DNA from: a virus
Lineage: Duplodnaviria; Caudoviricetes
Length of the DNA: 45,135 bases
Reading direction: 5' to 3' (one strand)
Virus record (IMG/VR): IMGVR_UViG_3300017655_000007
Coordinates: 1-45,135 of that record
Shown here: one piece after another, positions 18,724-28,309 of the stretch
Position numbering within the stretch: the first letter of the stretch is position 1
Layout of the letters: every line of letters begins with the position of its first letter
Position numbers and translations under genes: made by a program
The notes under the pieces: model-generated
Told to the model about the DNA's origin: nothing
Seen by the model: only the letters and a program-made list of their open reading frames with translations
The model's database searches: none

Positions 18724-20673
18724 TCAGGATTCGTAATTGGCCGAGTCGATGTAGCCAACCGCCTGCAGGCGACGGCGCTTCCAGTTGATGAAGCGCTCGG
18801 CACGCAGCGCCACCATGTTGTTCTGCCAGAGGCTGACCAGCTCAGTGGCACCGGCAGTAGGAGTGCTGTTCATCTGCAGGGAGGCTTCACGGCTCACGTC
18901 GATAGTGACCCCGCCGTCATCCGCCAACAGGATCTCGGAAGCCTTGGCCAAGATCAGCCGCTGGCCTGCACCAGTAACCGGGCTACCCGAGCCAGGATTG
19001 GCCGGAACGCTTTCCGACACGACCACCGGGAGCCCCATGAACGTGCCGCCGTTCATATCAATGCCCGGGAATTCCGACTGCCCCAAGGCGTTGTTCATCA
19101 TGCTGATGGTCAGCGCCATGGTGGGAGTCATGATCCAGACCGCGCCAGCCGGAGTCATGTTGGCGGCCAGGAACGCTGCGAACAGGCGCTTCACATCAGC
19201 CTTCAGGGCATCGGCGGTAGTGCCGCTGGCAACGATCGGTGTGACACCGTGGGTGATGGACGCCGGCGATACTTCAGCCACCTCGGCAATGGCCGGATCT
19301 ACGAATGCCACGTCCAGGAACTGTGCCATCGATGCGGTGAGGTCGGCCTGCACAAGGGCCTCGGCGCTAGGGTTGCTGAATCGCACCAGTTCATCGGTCA
19401 ACACCACAATCCCGGCGGCCTTGGTGAAGCGCAGGGTGGTGGTGTCGAATGCCAGGGCAGAAACCGGCTTTGGCTTGCCCTCGCCCACCCAGTTCACGCT
19501 GGAGCCGGAGGTCTGCCCCGACATTTTGATGTTGAACGGCACACGGCGCAGGCCTTGGATTTTGCCGATGATGGTCTGTGGGCGCAGCAACTCAATGAAC
19601 TCGCTGGCCATGGTTTGGTACTCAACCAGCGGTGCTGCCCAAGCGGGGTCAGTGGTGGTACCGGCTGCGACTGCCGCCTTCAGCACGGTTACGACCTCAG
19701 GGGTGGATTCTTCCCAGCCCTTGGCAACCTCCACGGCCTGCATCAGGTTGCCCTTCGAGCGTGCCAGCGCGATAGCGAAGCGAGTGAAGGCGGTACCTTT
19801 CGGCAGGGTACGCTCTACGCGGATCACCGCATTGTCCCGGACTTCATGGCCCTTCGAGACGCTGTTGACGCGGCCAGGCTCTACTGGCTTGGCGCCAGAA
19901 GCCATGGATTTTTCCAGGCCACGCAGGCGGCCCAGGTGGCCATCGATGGACTTCAGCTCGCCCTCGATGGTGTCGTATTCCTCGGACTCGGAAGCATCAA
20001 GGGTGCGGCCCTCTTCGGCGGCCTTGCTCATGATTGCTTCAAGGCGAGCAGCTTTGGCGGCGCGAGTGCTCTCGAAGGACTTGATCTGTTCCTGAATGTT
20101 CATGTCGCCCTCCTCGGGCTTCGCAGATTTTGTGATGGGTGCCGAAGCGCCGGCAGGGGTGATGCGTACGACCGGGAGCGCGCTGGAGCCTGTCGCGGCG
20201 CGCAACTCACGGTCGATGGATTTGATGGTCTGAATGCTGGCACCGGCGTTGGCCGGAACCGTTACGGCGGAAAGCTCCAGCCACTCCCACTTGAGGAATC
20301 GTCGACCCCAGCTGCCGTCGATGTTTGCCGACTCGATCGGTGAAAAGCCGATGGAAAGGCCACGGACCAGCTTGGCTTTGATCGACTGCCAGGCTTCATC
20401 GAGCCGATCCTTTAATGTGCCGGGCTCATCGACCTTGGCCAGTTCCACCGTGACCTCGATTCCCGCGTCAGTCACAATGGCCTTGGTCACCAGCCCGACT
20501 GGCTGATCGTGGTTGTGCTGCCACAGGAAAGGGATCGGCAATTTGAATTGCGCGCCCTTGGGCTCAACCACATCATCCATGCGGTCAGGCGAAGGCGTGG
20601 TGGCAATGCCAGTAATCACCCGCGCGTCATCGTCCACCGCCTTGATCTCAAGGAGGCTGTAGGCTCTGTTCAT
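18724..20673 (-). CDS. Prohead protease-major capsid fusion (HK97 fold)
   Basis: N-terminal LWQH, GLSIGF and ELSAVTVPAN protease motifs, then a coiled-coil delta domain and capsid WVGEG..P..RAERF. Confidence 0.93.
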   Translation of the reverse strand: MNRAYSLLEIKAVDDDARVITGIATTPSPDRMDDVVEPKGAQFKLPIPFLWQHNHDQPVGLVTKAIVTDAGIEVTVELAKVDEPGTLKDRLDEAWQSIKAKLVRGLSIGFSPIESANIDGSWGRRFLKWEWLELSAVTVPANAGASIQTIKSIDRELRAATGSSALPVVRITPAGASAPITKSAKPEEGDMNIQEQIKSFESTRAAKAARLEAIMSKAAEEGRTLDASESEEYDTIEGELKSIDGHLGRLRGLEKSMASGAKPVEPGRVNSVSKGHEVRDNAVIRVERTLPKGTAFTRFAIALARSKGNLMQAVEVAKGWEESTPEVVTVLKAAVAAGTTTDPAWAAPLVEYQTMASEFIELLRPQTIIGKIQGLRRVPFNIKMSGQTSGSSVNWVGEGKPKPVSALAFDTTTLRFTKAAGIVVLTDELVRFSNPSAEALVQADLTASMAQFLDVAFVDPAIAEVAEVSPASITHGVTPIVASGTTADALKADVKRLFAAFLAANMTPAGAVWIMTPTMALTISMMNNALGQSEFPGIDMNGGTFMGLPVVVSESVPANPGSGSPVTGAGQRLILAKASEILLADDGGVTIDVSREASLQMNSTPTAGATELVSLWQNNMVALRAERFINWKRRRLQAVGYIDSANYES

Positions 20674-20729
20674 TGGGTACCCCAGAAATGCAAAAGCCCG
20701 CACTGGGCGGGCCTGGCTTAGCCTGACGG

Positions 20730-22397
20730 CTACGAATTGAGGAAAAACATCTGGTACTTCTTGGCCGGTGGCGACGGGTTGGTCGCCATCAGGGACACGG
20801 CATTGAGTAGTGCCATCACCGGGTCAATCTTGGCGGTACCGCTGGCCTGCTTGGTGATCAACACCGAGTTGGCACGCGATTCGATGCGGGCGTTACCGAC
20901 ACACCAGTCCATCAGGGGCTGGTCGGCGTGAAATAGCTTTCGCTCCGCCAGCCTGCGCTCGGCGATGCTGATCGCCCCAACCAGCTTCCAGCCCTGCGGG
21001 ATGCCAAAAATGATCTTCTCGTCGATCTTTCGCTTCAGCAGTTCCTCGAGCATGACCTTGTGGGTTTTTTCAGGGTCCATGCCGACGCCAGCCAGCAGGC
21101 CGGTGCCATCGATCATTTCAACCACATCAGCAACGGCGGCGACATCACCTGGCAGTTCTTCGATGATCACCAGGTCACCGTCTCGCTCAAAGTCACGGTA
21201 CTTGGATTCCTCGGACTTTCGACGTTCAAGTGCAATTGGATGCGCCCAGGCAAGAGAGCAAGATAGCCAAACATCGGAGCCGGACTTTCGCCCCAGGACT
21301 GTAAGGCCAAGCAGGTCGTCGAGCCCGCCGCCGTCGATACCCACTGTCACAACTTCCGACTGTTCGAGCAGCGCCCGCAAGCTGAGCGATTCGTCTGCCT
21401 GAACCTTCCAGAAGTCAGCACCGGTCCACCGATCTGAACGAAGATTCAGGCCGATTTCGATGTTTAAGTGCTTAGCCAGGAATTTCTGTAGAGACCCATC
21501 GCCGGCGTTCTGCTTCTTGCGAAGTTCATCCTGCAGCCACTCGGCGCTGACCGAGCGCCCTAGATTGGGGTTGGTGATATAGAAATTTTCCGGATCCAGG
21601 TACGACTTGTCCTGAATCATGCTCTTCGGGAACTCATAGAGAATGCCGAGTGTTTTTCGATCCTCAATGACGCCGTCGCGAATGTCACGCCAGTATTGCA
21701 GTCGCTCCTTGAACACGCCGGCCGGAGGCTCATCACTTTGCGTGGTCAGGTAGATGACCCAGCCTTCATCCCGTGAGACCTGTCCGCCCAGTGCCTCCAT
21801 GAACATGGCTTCAGCACCTGGCTTCTTACCAAATACCCAGAGCTCGTCCACCAGAACCTTGCCAGACTTTTTACCGGACACCGTGTCGGTATCCGCCGCA
21901 ACAACCTTCAGGCTGTTCTTCGTCGTGCGATCTGTGATGGTGCGGATGTGATCCTGTACATGGAACATCGCTGACAGCTCTTCATCTGCACGCACCATGG
22001 CAGCTGCCGGCTTGAAAGCGTTGTCGGCAACCTCCCTGGTCGGAGCGAGGATCAGATGCTCTTCCTCTTCCCTCCAGCACAAGATAAGTGCCGTCAGCAT
22101 GATCCCTGCGGCGATTGTCGACTTGGTGTTCTTCTTGCTGATCAGCAGGCCGAACTCTCGAATCAGCTGCTTGCCTGTTTCCGAGTCGTAGCCACCAAAG
22201 ATGGCTCTGACAAAGTCGAGCACCCATTCATCACAGCAGTCAGCCATCCGGGGCTTGCCCGGCAGATCAGGAACCCTCAGTTCCTTGAAGATCTGGACAG
22301 CTCGCTCGGCTTCCTCGACAAAGATGGGTGGCGGAATGATGGACTGCCTTCGAACCAACCGCCGTTCCCAGTCCGGGCATGCGGTGGTCCAATCCAT
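20730..22397 (-). CDS. Terminase large subunit
   Basis: KKNTKS Walker A variant, LVDELW Walker B, GIDGG and KIDPVMA nuclease motifs. Confidence 0.95.
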   Translation of the reverse strand: MDWTTACPDWERRLVRRQSIIPPPIFVEEAERAVQIFKELRVPDLPGKPRMADCCDEWVLDFVRAIFGGYDSETGKQLIREFGLLISKKNTKSTIAAGIMLTALILCWREEEEHLILAPTREVADNAFKPAAAMVRADEELSAMFHVQDHIRTITDRTTKNSLKVVAADTDTVSGKKSGKVLVDELWVFGKKPGAEAMFMEALGGQVSRDEGWVIYLTTQSDEPPAGVFKERLQYWRDIRDGVIEDRKTLGILYEFPKSMIQDKSYLDPENFYITNPNLGRSVSAEWLQDELRKKQNAGDGSLQKFLAKHLNIEIGLNLRSDRWTGADFWKVQADESLSLRALLEQSEVVTVGIDGGGLDDLLGLTVLGRKSGSDVWLSCSLAWAHPIALERRKSEESKYRDFERDGDLVIIEELPGDVAAVADVVEMIDGTGLLAGVGMDPEKTHKVMLEELLKRKIDEKIIFGIPQGWKLVGAISIAERRLAERKLFHADQPLMDWCVGNARIESRANSVLITKQASGTAKIDPVMALLNAVSLMATNPSPPAKKYQMFFLNS

Positions 22398-22399
22398 CG

Positions 22400-22897
22400 C
22401 TACACCTTCTTACCGTTCGCTGCTGCCAACCGAGGCGGCGCCTGGCGGGTGAATTTGCTCGCCGCCTGCTCCGCCGCCTTTTGTCGTTCGTCCTTCTTGC
22501 CGCCCTCTCCCTTACGTGGATGCAAGAACGGCATCAGGGCCTTGGCTGCATCAACCCGAAGCTTGGGTTCAGACCCGGCATCGTTCATCACTGCGAGGAG
22601 GAAGTCTTTCGGGTCGCGATGAAGCAGGGCTGCCCCCAGATCAAAACCGGCTGGATCAGGGTCATCTTCGGGTGACTCCTGGGTCGCGGGAGGTGGGTTC
22701 GGTTTAACACCCCCTTTAACAGGATGAAGGGCATTCAACTTGCGCAGCTCGTTAACCACGTCCGGGTCTTTCGCCAACCTTGAACCAGCGGCGGAAGCAG
22801 ATTTTTCAGGGCATCCAGCCGCAATGGCCGCGTCTCGATTGGACGCACCTCCCCTGATAGCGTCAATGAACCGACGCTTTTTGGGTGTTAAAGCCAT
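22400..22897 (-). CDS. Terminase small subunit
   Basis: N-terminal HTH (AAIAAG...AGSRL); directly upstream of terL. Confidence 0.9.
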   Translation of the reverse strand: MALTPKKRRFIDAIRGGASNRDAAIAAGCPEKSASAAGSRLAKDPDVVNELRKLNALHPVKGGVKPNPPPATQESPEDDPDPAGFDLGAALLHRDPKDFLLAVMNDAGSEPKLRVDAAKALMPFLHPRKGEGGKKDERQKAAEQAASKFTRQAPPRLAAANGKKV

Positions 22898-22914
22898 TAA
22901 CAAAAAACTCCAGG

Positions 22915-22995
22915 GAGGAAAAAATCTGCGAATGAGTTTGGCGCGGTGTCCGAGCGAAAAGGATTTTCAGATCAGACCCACCCCCCCCACCAAAA
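22915..22995. other. Probable cos packaging region
   Basis: Non-coding gap between HNH and terS; minus strand has a G-run, then ACCGCGCC, then a T-run, as in 3'-cos HK97-like phages. Confidence 0.55.
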
Positions 22996-23044
22996 ACGCC
23001 CCAAAAAAGGGCGGGAATCGGGGGTGTAGCGTGCTGCAACCGAG

Positions 23045-23350
23045 CTATCGACGACCTCTAGCCGCCTCAGCTGCAGTCTTCTCCTGGTGGCACGGCACGC
23101 ACAGGGCCTGAAGGTTGCTTTCATCATCCGAGCCGCCCTCGGCGACGTTGATGATATGGTCGACCTCAAGGTCTTTTGTGACCAGGCCGCAGGCCTGGCA
23201 GGTGTACTGATCACGCAACAGGATGCGATCCCGAATGCGGCGCCAAGGTCGACCACCACGACCAGATCCCCACTGAGTCTCGTTGACCTGCGCGACCGGC
23301 GCGGTCTTCAGCATCGTCACGTTCTGCTTGAGGATGTTGAGCTTTGCCAT
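23045..23350 (-). CDS. HNH endonuclease (terminase-associated)
   Basis: CQAC..EVDHI...NLQALCVPCH. Confidence 0.93.
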   Translation of the reverse strand: MAKLNILKQNVTMLKTAPVAQVNETQWGSGRGGRPWRRIRDRILLRDQYTCQACGLVTKDLEVDHIINVAEGGSDDESNLQALCVPCHQEKTAAEAARGRR

Positions 23351-23712
23351 TACCCACCACCAACGGGTGCACCGTTCAGGTAGGTCAGTGGCACGGCATC
23401 GAGATCGGAGTCAACGTCATCCGCCAAGGCTTGGATCAGTGCCTGGTTCTGCGTGGCGATCTGCTCCAGCAGCGCAGTCTGCTTCTGCTGCTCTGCCAGC
23501 AGGTCGGCAACGTTAGGTTGCAATTGGGCGGTGATGCCGCCATCAAGCACCAGAGCCTGGAAACCAAGGCGCTCAGCCTGAGATTGCATCACCGCCTGAG
23601 CGTTTTCGCGCTGTTCTTGGGTCAGGATCTGCGGGATGCTGATTACCAGCAGGTCTCCCTGCTTGGGATTCAGCTTCTCGATCTGTTGCGAATAGGCCTC
23701 GTGCTCGCTCAT
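23350..23712 (-). CDS. Hypothetical protein, 120 aa
   Basis: Coupled to the HNH start; coiled coil and TYLNG C-terminus. Confidence 0.7.
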   Translation of the reverse strand: MSEHEAYSQQIEKLNPKQGDLLVISIPQILTQEQRENAQAVMQSQAERLGFQALVLDGGITAQLQPNVADLLAEQQKQTALLEQIATQNQALIQALADDVDSDLDAVPLTYLNGAPVGGG

Positions 23713-23793
23713 AAGCCACCTTTGTCCACTTGTTGATCCACTCGCGCCGGGCGGCGCATCCACCACAGGTCATTGCAGCCTCCAGTCAATCCG

Positions 23794-24129
23794 CTAGGCC
23801 AGGGCTTCAGCGCCGGCATCAGCGTCATAGATGTAAGAGGTGCGAGCAAACTCATGGACCTGACCAGACTCTTCACGCGAGTCCTCCACGATCCCCGTGT
23901 TTGCTGCGTCTGTGCGGACGGCATAATGAATCTGGCAGCCAGCCAGCGTCACGTTGCCGATCTCAACATACCAATTCGTGGAGCGGGCATTCGTCCGAAT
24001 CCCCAGCGTCTCTTGATCCCCGCGGACGCTACGAACTGTTCCAAATACAGCCCGGTAGGAACGACCATCAGGCGCATAGAACCAGTTGTCGGTGGTGATC
24101 AGCGCCTTCTTGCCTATTTCGATATTCAT
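23794..24129 (-). CDS. Hypothetical protein, 111 aa
   Basis: Starts MNIEIGKK two nt after the holin stop. Confidence 0.7.
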   Translation of the reverse strand: MNIEIGKKALITTDNWFYAPDGRSYRAVFGTVRSVRGDQETLGIRTNARSTNWYVEIGNVTLAGCQIHYAVRTDAANTGIVEDSREESGQVHEFARTSYIYDADAGAEALA

Positions 24130-24131
24130 GA

Positions 24132-24455
24132 TCAACCCTGCGCTTTGCGAGACAAGAAAAGGTCGGAGTAGCCGCGAAGCTTCTCCACACCCATGAAGCC
24201 GACGGCACCGCCTGCGAAGGTGGCCATACCCTGCGGCAAGCCCATCCATTCGAGCAAGGGCACAAGGGCCAAGGTAATGAGGCCGCAGAGGGCGCCCTCC
24301 AAGAGCATCTGCCGGCGGGTGCCGCCGCCATACACCACCCGAAGGGCAGCGATCGCAACGGACAAGCCGGCGGCGCCAAGCTGGGGCTGATGGGCAATCA
24401 CCCAGGCGAGCACAGCGGCCCACAGGCCAGGATCCTTCTCGGGCATGTTTGGCAT
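24132..24455 (-). CDS. Holin, lambda S family
   Basis: MPEKDP start, three TM segments, GFMGVEKLR, basic C-terminus; strong RBS. Confidence 0.92.
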   Translation of the reverse strand: MPNMPEKDPGLWAAVLAWVIAHQPQLGAAGLSVAIAALRVVYGGGTRRQMLLEGALCGLITLALVPLLEWMGLPQGMATFAGGAVGFMGVEKLRGYSDLFLSRKAQG

Positions 24456-24651
24456 CTCGATTCCTCCCTTTTGGGGAGCGGAGTAGGTTCGACCCCAACA
24501 GCACTCCCAGCTCGGGGCGATGGGTGTGGTGGAGCCGAAAACGAAAAAGCCCCGGCAAGTGCCGAGGCTTGAATTGGTGCGACTTGCCCTCAGGGATCTT
24601 TAGGCCCGAATCATCGGTAGCCTGGCCGAGCCCCCAATCGCATAGATAAAT

Positions 24652-24870
24652 TCAACGCGAGCCGACTGGTCTCCATGGGCGCACATTGAAAAAATCAGGC
24701 AAATGAACACCGGAAGGAACATCGAGCCAGAAAAACCAGCCACCGGCCATGCTCGACGGCTGTGAGTCCAAAACTTCAAATCCGAGTTCGCGCGATAAAG
24801 CTCGAACCACCTCAGTAGGTCGACCAATAATCGTGCAACTCTGATCATCAAAGAAGACAAATACCCGCAT
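24652..24870 (-). CDS. Hypothetical moron, 72 aa, between late promoter and holin
   Basis: ATG with upstream TAAGG; bracketed by terminator-like hairpins. Confidence 0.5.
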   Translation of the reverse strand: MRVFVFFDDQSCTIIGRPTEVVRALSRELGFEVLDSQPSSMAGGWFFWLDVPSGVHLPDFFNVRPWRPVGSR

Positions 24871-24892
24871 GGCTTAACCGCCTTATAACAGC

Positions 24893-24993
24893 AAAAAGCC
24901 CAGCACAACGGCCGGGCTCTTGATGCCACTCCTCAGCAACGCGCAGGAATGACAGGATGGGGATAATTTCGCTCAGTCGCTCACTGATGTCAA
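24893..24993 (-). promoter_or_regulatory. Late promoter pR'-like with downstream terminator
   Basis: TTGACA (24988-24993); TGAGCG direct repeat in the spacer; hairpin plus T run at 24893-24918. Confidence 0.65.
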
Positions 24994-25000
24994 CAGGCAA

Positions 25001-25687
25001 TCACGCTGCCTCTTTCATCAGCAACCCTTCAGCCTCCAGAATCACCTTCACATCAGCTAAGGCATCATCCACCAAGCCGTCGAGCTTCTCGTTGATTTCA
25101 GCCCTCCACCGGCGGCGCGTCGACTCCGGAGTGGCATCGAGGTCCCAGGTGTTCATGTCGTAGAAGCTGTCCGGCAGGATGATCACGCCCTCTTGTAATG
25201 CCTCGATGCGTTTCTTTTCCGCTTGGCCAGCAGCAACGGCAGCATTCACGGTAGCGTCACGACGCCAGGCCGAGGCATCCAAAGGAATCTCAACCGACAC
25301 GGAACGCGGGGGCTTACGACGAGCGCCCTTGAGCTTCGGGATTGCCCAGGCCGTGACCGCCTTGTAGATGAACAGCTGCGAGGCCGGGCTGGCAATGCGC
25401 GGCCGCACCAGGGTGATGGCCTGGACCTTCTTCGCCTTGTTCGTGCTGTACTTTGCCACCAATGCATCCCAGTGCTGCGGCTTGAGCATGTGGTGCAGTC
25501 GCGCGGACACCCAGAAGTCGATCTGGGCTTGGTCGACGCCTCCCGACTGGCCGGCAAGCGACGCCAAGCATCCGCCCTCTTCCTCCGCCGCTTTGTACAG
25601 CTTCTGCCAGGCCTGGGCCTTAGCTGATCCCTTCTCGCCCGCCGCCAAAGCGGCAACCACTGCACCCGATACGCTGCTGTAGATCAT
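25001..25687 (-). CDS. Probable late antiterminator (Q analogue)
   Basis: Last early gene, immediately upstream of the pR'/tR'-like pair; C-terminal helix PESTRRRW. Confidence 0.6.
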   Translation of the reverse strand: MIYSSVSGAVVAALAAGEKGSAKAQAWQKLYKAAEEEGGCLASLAGQSGGVDQAQIDFWVSARLHHMLKPQHWDALVAKYSTNKAKKVQAITLVRPRIASPASQLFIYKAVTAWAIPKLKGARRKPPRSVSVEIPLDASAWRRDATVNAAVAAGQAEKKRIEALQEGVIILPDSFYDMNTWDLDATPESTRRRWRAEINEKLDGLVDDALADVKVILEAEGLLMKEAA

Positions 25688-25697
25688 GTCCTTCCCC

Positions 25698-26012
25698 CTA
25701 ATCCCCGGTGTAGTTGGTGCCGCCGGCGCCGCGCCGGTTGCTTCCCTGATATGCCGCCTCCGGCCCGCTGGCCTGAGGTTTCCTCAACTGCTCGATCTGC
25801 CGCACCGCGGCCTGCAGATTCAGGCTGAGCTGGGTGACCAGCTCTTCCAGCGGCAGGGCCTCGCCTGTTGCCGCCGCCACAAAGCCCGAGGCGTTGCAGT
25901 GGTCGCATGGCAGTTCGTGAAACAGACCCTGAGTGACCGCTCTCCCACGGCACAAAGGGCACTCACCCAGCTCGATCACGGCCTTCTTGAAAGATGGCCC
26001 GTGCTTCTTCAT
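25698..26012 (-). CDS. Zn-finger hypothetical protein
   Basis: CPLC..G and CDHC..G. Confidence 0.75.
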   Translation of the reverse strand: MKKHGPSFKKAVIELGECPLCRGRAVTQGLFHELPCDHCNASGFVAAATGEALPLEELVTQLSLNLQAAVRQIEQLRKPQASGPEAAYQGSNRRGAGGTNYTGD

Positions 26013-26296
26013 CAGCCGACCACCTTAAGCCCTTGGCCGCGCAGCGACTTATCAGCAACCTCGCGCGCCCATGCTGCATCGGGGTCACCCATCTGGACGG
26101 GGAACGGGTTGGTGACGCGAAGGCTTTCACGGGAGGCCTGCCAAGCCCACCAAGCGACCGCCGTTTCGCGATGCACAAACCCGCCTTCACACCACTCGAA
26201 TCGACACTCTCGGATGTTCATTCCTTCGGCTAGAAGCAGGCTGCGGTAAGCCTTGATGAACTGATCCCGTAGGGCCTCGGGGTCGGAAATATTCAT
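26012..26296 (-). CDS. Hypothetical nin-region protein
   Basis: Coupled ORF; AWWAWQASR motif typical of phage nin genes. Confidence 0.75.
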   Translation of the reverse strand: MNISDPEALRDQFIKAYRSLLLAEGMNIRECRFEWCEGGFVHRETAVAWWAWQASRESLRVTNPFPVQMGDPDAAWAREVADKSLRGQGLKVVG

Positions 26297-27591
26297 TTCG
26301 AATCCTCGCTAATTACAAATGCGGTAAGGTCGCCCGGCGCCACGGCTGCTGTGGCCTCTGGCGATTTCTGCGAAATTTCAAATAAGGCCTTGGTAAGGCC
26401 GTGAATGGCTGCAAAGCCGATCCGATCAAGCCAGGCGTGCCACTTCTCCAGCGCGGCGCGGCGCTGCTGCATGGCCTGGGTGTGGATGTAGGTGCTGGCG
26501 ATCTTGCCCAGCTTGTGGTTCAGCAGCATCTCGCCGATGTGGCCGTCGATTCCGAGGTCGGTCCAGGTGCTGCGGGACACCTTGCGCAGGTCGTGACTGG
26601 TCCACTCACCCTGCCCCAGGCGCTTGAACACGTTGCTGGCTTGCGTATCGCTCAGGCACAGGCCCCGGCGATTTGGGAACAGGTAGACGCCCTCATAGCC
26701 CTCGGCCTGCTGGATGGCCCGGTACCGAGTCAGCAGCGCCTGCACCTGGGCGGTCAGTGGCAAGCGGTGTTCGGTACGGGTCTTGGCGTTGGCGGCGGGA
26801 ATGAACCACTCGGCCGCCGCCAGCGAGATCTCGTTCCAGCGGGCCATGCGGGTCTCACCAATCCGGGTGCCGTGGGCCAGCATCATCAGGGCCAGCATGG
26901 CGTCGCCCGGCTCCTGCTCGAATGCCCGAGCCAGCTGCTGCATCAGCTCCGGCAACTGCACGTCACGCAGGCGCGCTGCCTTGGGCAGGATCTTGGCCTT
27001 GGTGAAGTCGTTGAAGCGCATCCCGGCCATGGGGTTACGGTCGATCAGGCCCAGTTGCAGGGCCTGGCGGAAGGCGGTCAGCAACAGTGCGAACATCTGC
27101 CGCAGGTAGGACAGCGACACCTCGGCCTGGCACGGCCACATCAGGTGCTTGTCCAGCGCGTCGGCAGTCACGTCAGCCAGGGCTAGGTCAGCAAGGCGCG
27201 GCTTGAGGTGCTGGGCAATGGCGGACTTGGCGCCGGCCTTGCGCTTCGCCGACAGCGAGCGGTCGCGCGCCATGCGGTCACCGTACCAGTAAAGCAGTTG
27301 CCCCACGGTGACCATGCCGGAAACCACCGGCGCCGTGGCCGGATCGCGCAGCAGGCGCTGACGCAGCGCGGGCAGCTCGGCAATCACCGCCGCCACGTTC
27401 AGGTCAGGCCAACGGGCGACCGGCACCCACTTCTTGCCGCGCACCAAGTGCCAGGTGCCGCGCTCACGGTTGCTCCAGAAGCGCAGGTACAGGCCAGGGT
27501 GACGCGGGTCGCGCAGGTCGCGCACCGACTTGTCGGCGGCCTGCCGGCGCACTTCGGCCTCGCTCAGTTTCACTTCCCGGGTCGCGCTCAT
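26293..27591 (-). CDS. Second tyrosine recombinase, in the nin region
   Basis: Arm-binding-like N-terminus (D..HPGLYLR); HGTRIGE, KT, HDLR, LNH and Y residues intact. Confidence 0.9.
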   Translation of the reverse strand: MSATREVKLSEAEVRRQAADKSVRDLRDPRHPGLYLRFWSNRERGTWHLVRGKKWVPVARWPDLNVAAVIAELPALRQRLLRDPATAPVVSGMVTVGQLLYWYGDRMARDRSLSAKRKAGAKSAIAQHLKPRLADLALADVTADALDKHLMWPCQAEVSLSYLRQMFALLLTAFRQALQLGLIDRNPMAGMRFNDFTKAKILPKAARLRDVQLPELMQQLARAFEQEPGDAMLALMMLAHGTRIGETRMARWNEISLAAAEWFIPAANAKTRTEHRLPLTAQVQALLTRYRAIQQAEGYEGVYLFPNRRGLCLSDTQASNVFKRLGQGEWTSHDLRKVSRSTWTDLGIDGHIGEMLLNHKLGKIASTYIHTQAMQQRRAALEKWHAWLDRIGFAAIHGLTKALFEISQKSPEATAAVAPGDLTAFVISEDSK

Positions 27592-28016
27592 GCAGCCACC
27601 GTGGCAGGCAGCAGCAGATAGGCGCGGATGGCCTCGACGGCGTCGATATTGCCCCGACATACGATGGCCAGGTAGCCCTGATCGGCAAGCGCCTGCAGGT
27701 AGGCGTCCTGGCTCGGGGATACCGGCGCGTCATAGGGCGGCATGGCCTTGAACTCGATGTATAGGCCGAAATAGCCACCTCGCGCCATGGGCAGCACCAG
27801 GTCAGGCACACCGGCCTTCACGCCCTGCCCCTTCAGCTTGGCAGCCACCGCCTTGACCCGGTGCCCGCCGTTCGGGACGTGGTAGATCAGCTTGTAGGCC
27901 TGCGGGTAGCGCAGTTGCAGCTCCTGCATCAGCGCGGCCTGCTCCTGCCCTTCCCGGTCGACGGGCTTGGCGCGAGTCGGCTTGGCCCTGAACGGGCGAA
28001 TGGCGGGCGAATTCAT
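27588..28016 (-). CDS. VRR-NUC domain nuclease
   Basis: HVPNGG, GVKAGVPDL, IEFK. Confidence 0.92.
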   Translation of the reverse strand: MNSPAIRPFRAKPTRAKPVDREGQEQAALMQELQLRYPQAYKLIYHVPNGGHRVKAVAAKLKGQGVKAGVPDLVLPMARGGYFGLYIEFKAMPPYDAPVSPSQDAYLQALADQGYLAIVCRGNIDAVEAIRAYLLLPATVAA

Positions 28017-28309
28017 GCGATCAGCACCCCCTCATTGAGCAGCAGCGCCTGGGTGCGCATGACGCCCTCGGCGTGGTACCGGCGTGCGGTATCGCGATCA
28101 ACTGCCCGGCTGCGTCCGTCGCACGCGTCGTGACAAGCGCTGCAGCACCAGGCGCCTTGCAGGTCGTGCGGCTTCTTGCCGACGCCGCAGGTGCCCGCCA
28201 GGCGATAGTGCGCAAGTACGGTGGTCTCGGGGTTGCCGTTGCATACGCCTGGGATGCGCACCTGGCACTCACGCCAGCGCGCGGCCTTGGTCAGCTTGGA
28301 CTGGCGCAT
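28013..28309 (-). CDS. DUF1364/YbcO-like putative nuclease
   Basis: CQVRIPGVC..ETTVLAH..CSACHDACDGR. Confidence 0.88.
   Translation of the reverse strand: MRQSKLTKAARWRECQVRIPGVCNGNPETTVLAHYRLAGTCGVGKKPHDLQGAWCCSACHDACDGRSRAVDRDTARRYHAEGVMRTQALLLNEGVLIA

Noticed and set aside
18661-20343. Long plus-strand ORFs (560 and 436 aa) opposite the capsid gene
   Set aside because: Antisense shadows expected from GC-rich codon bias; no motifs or RBS
24444-24455. Lambda-type dual-start holin/antiholin (Met-Pro-Asn-Met)
   Set aside because: The extension has no positive charge, unlike S107; two starts are possible but unsupported
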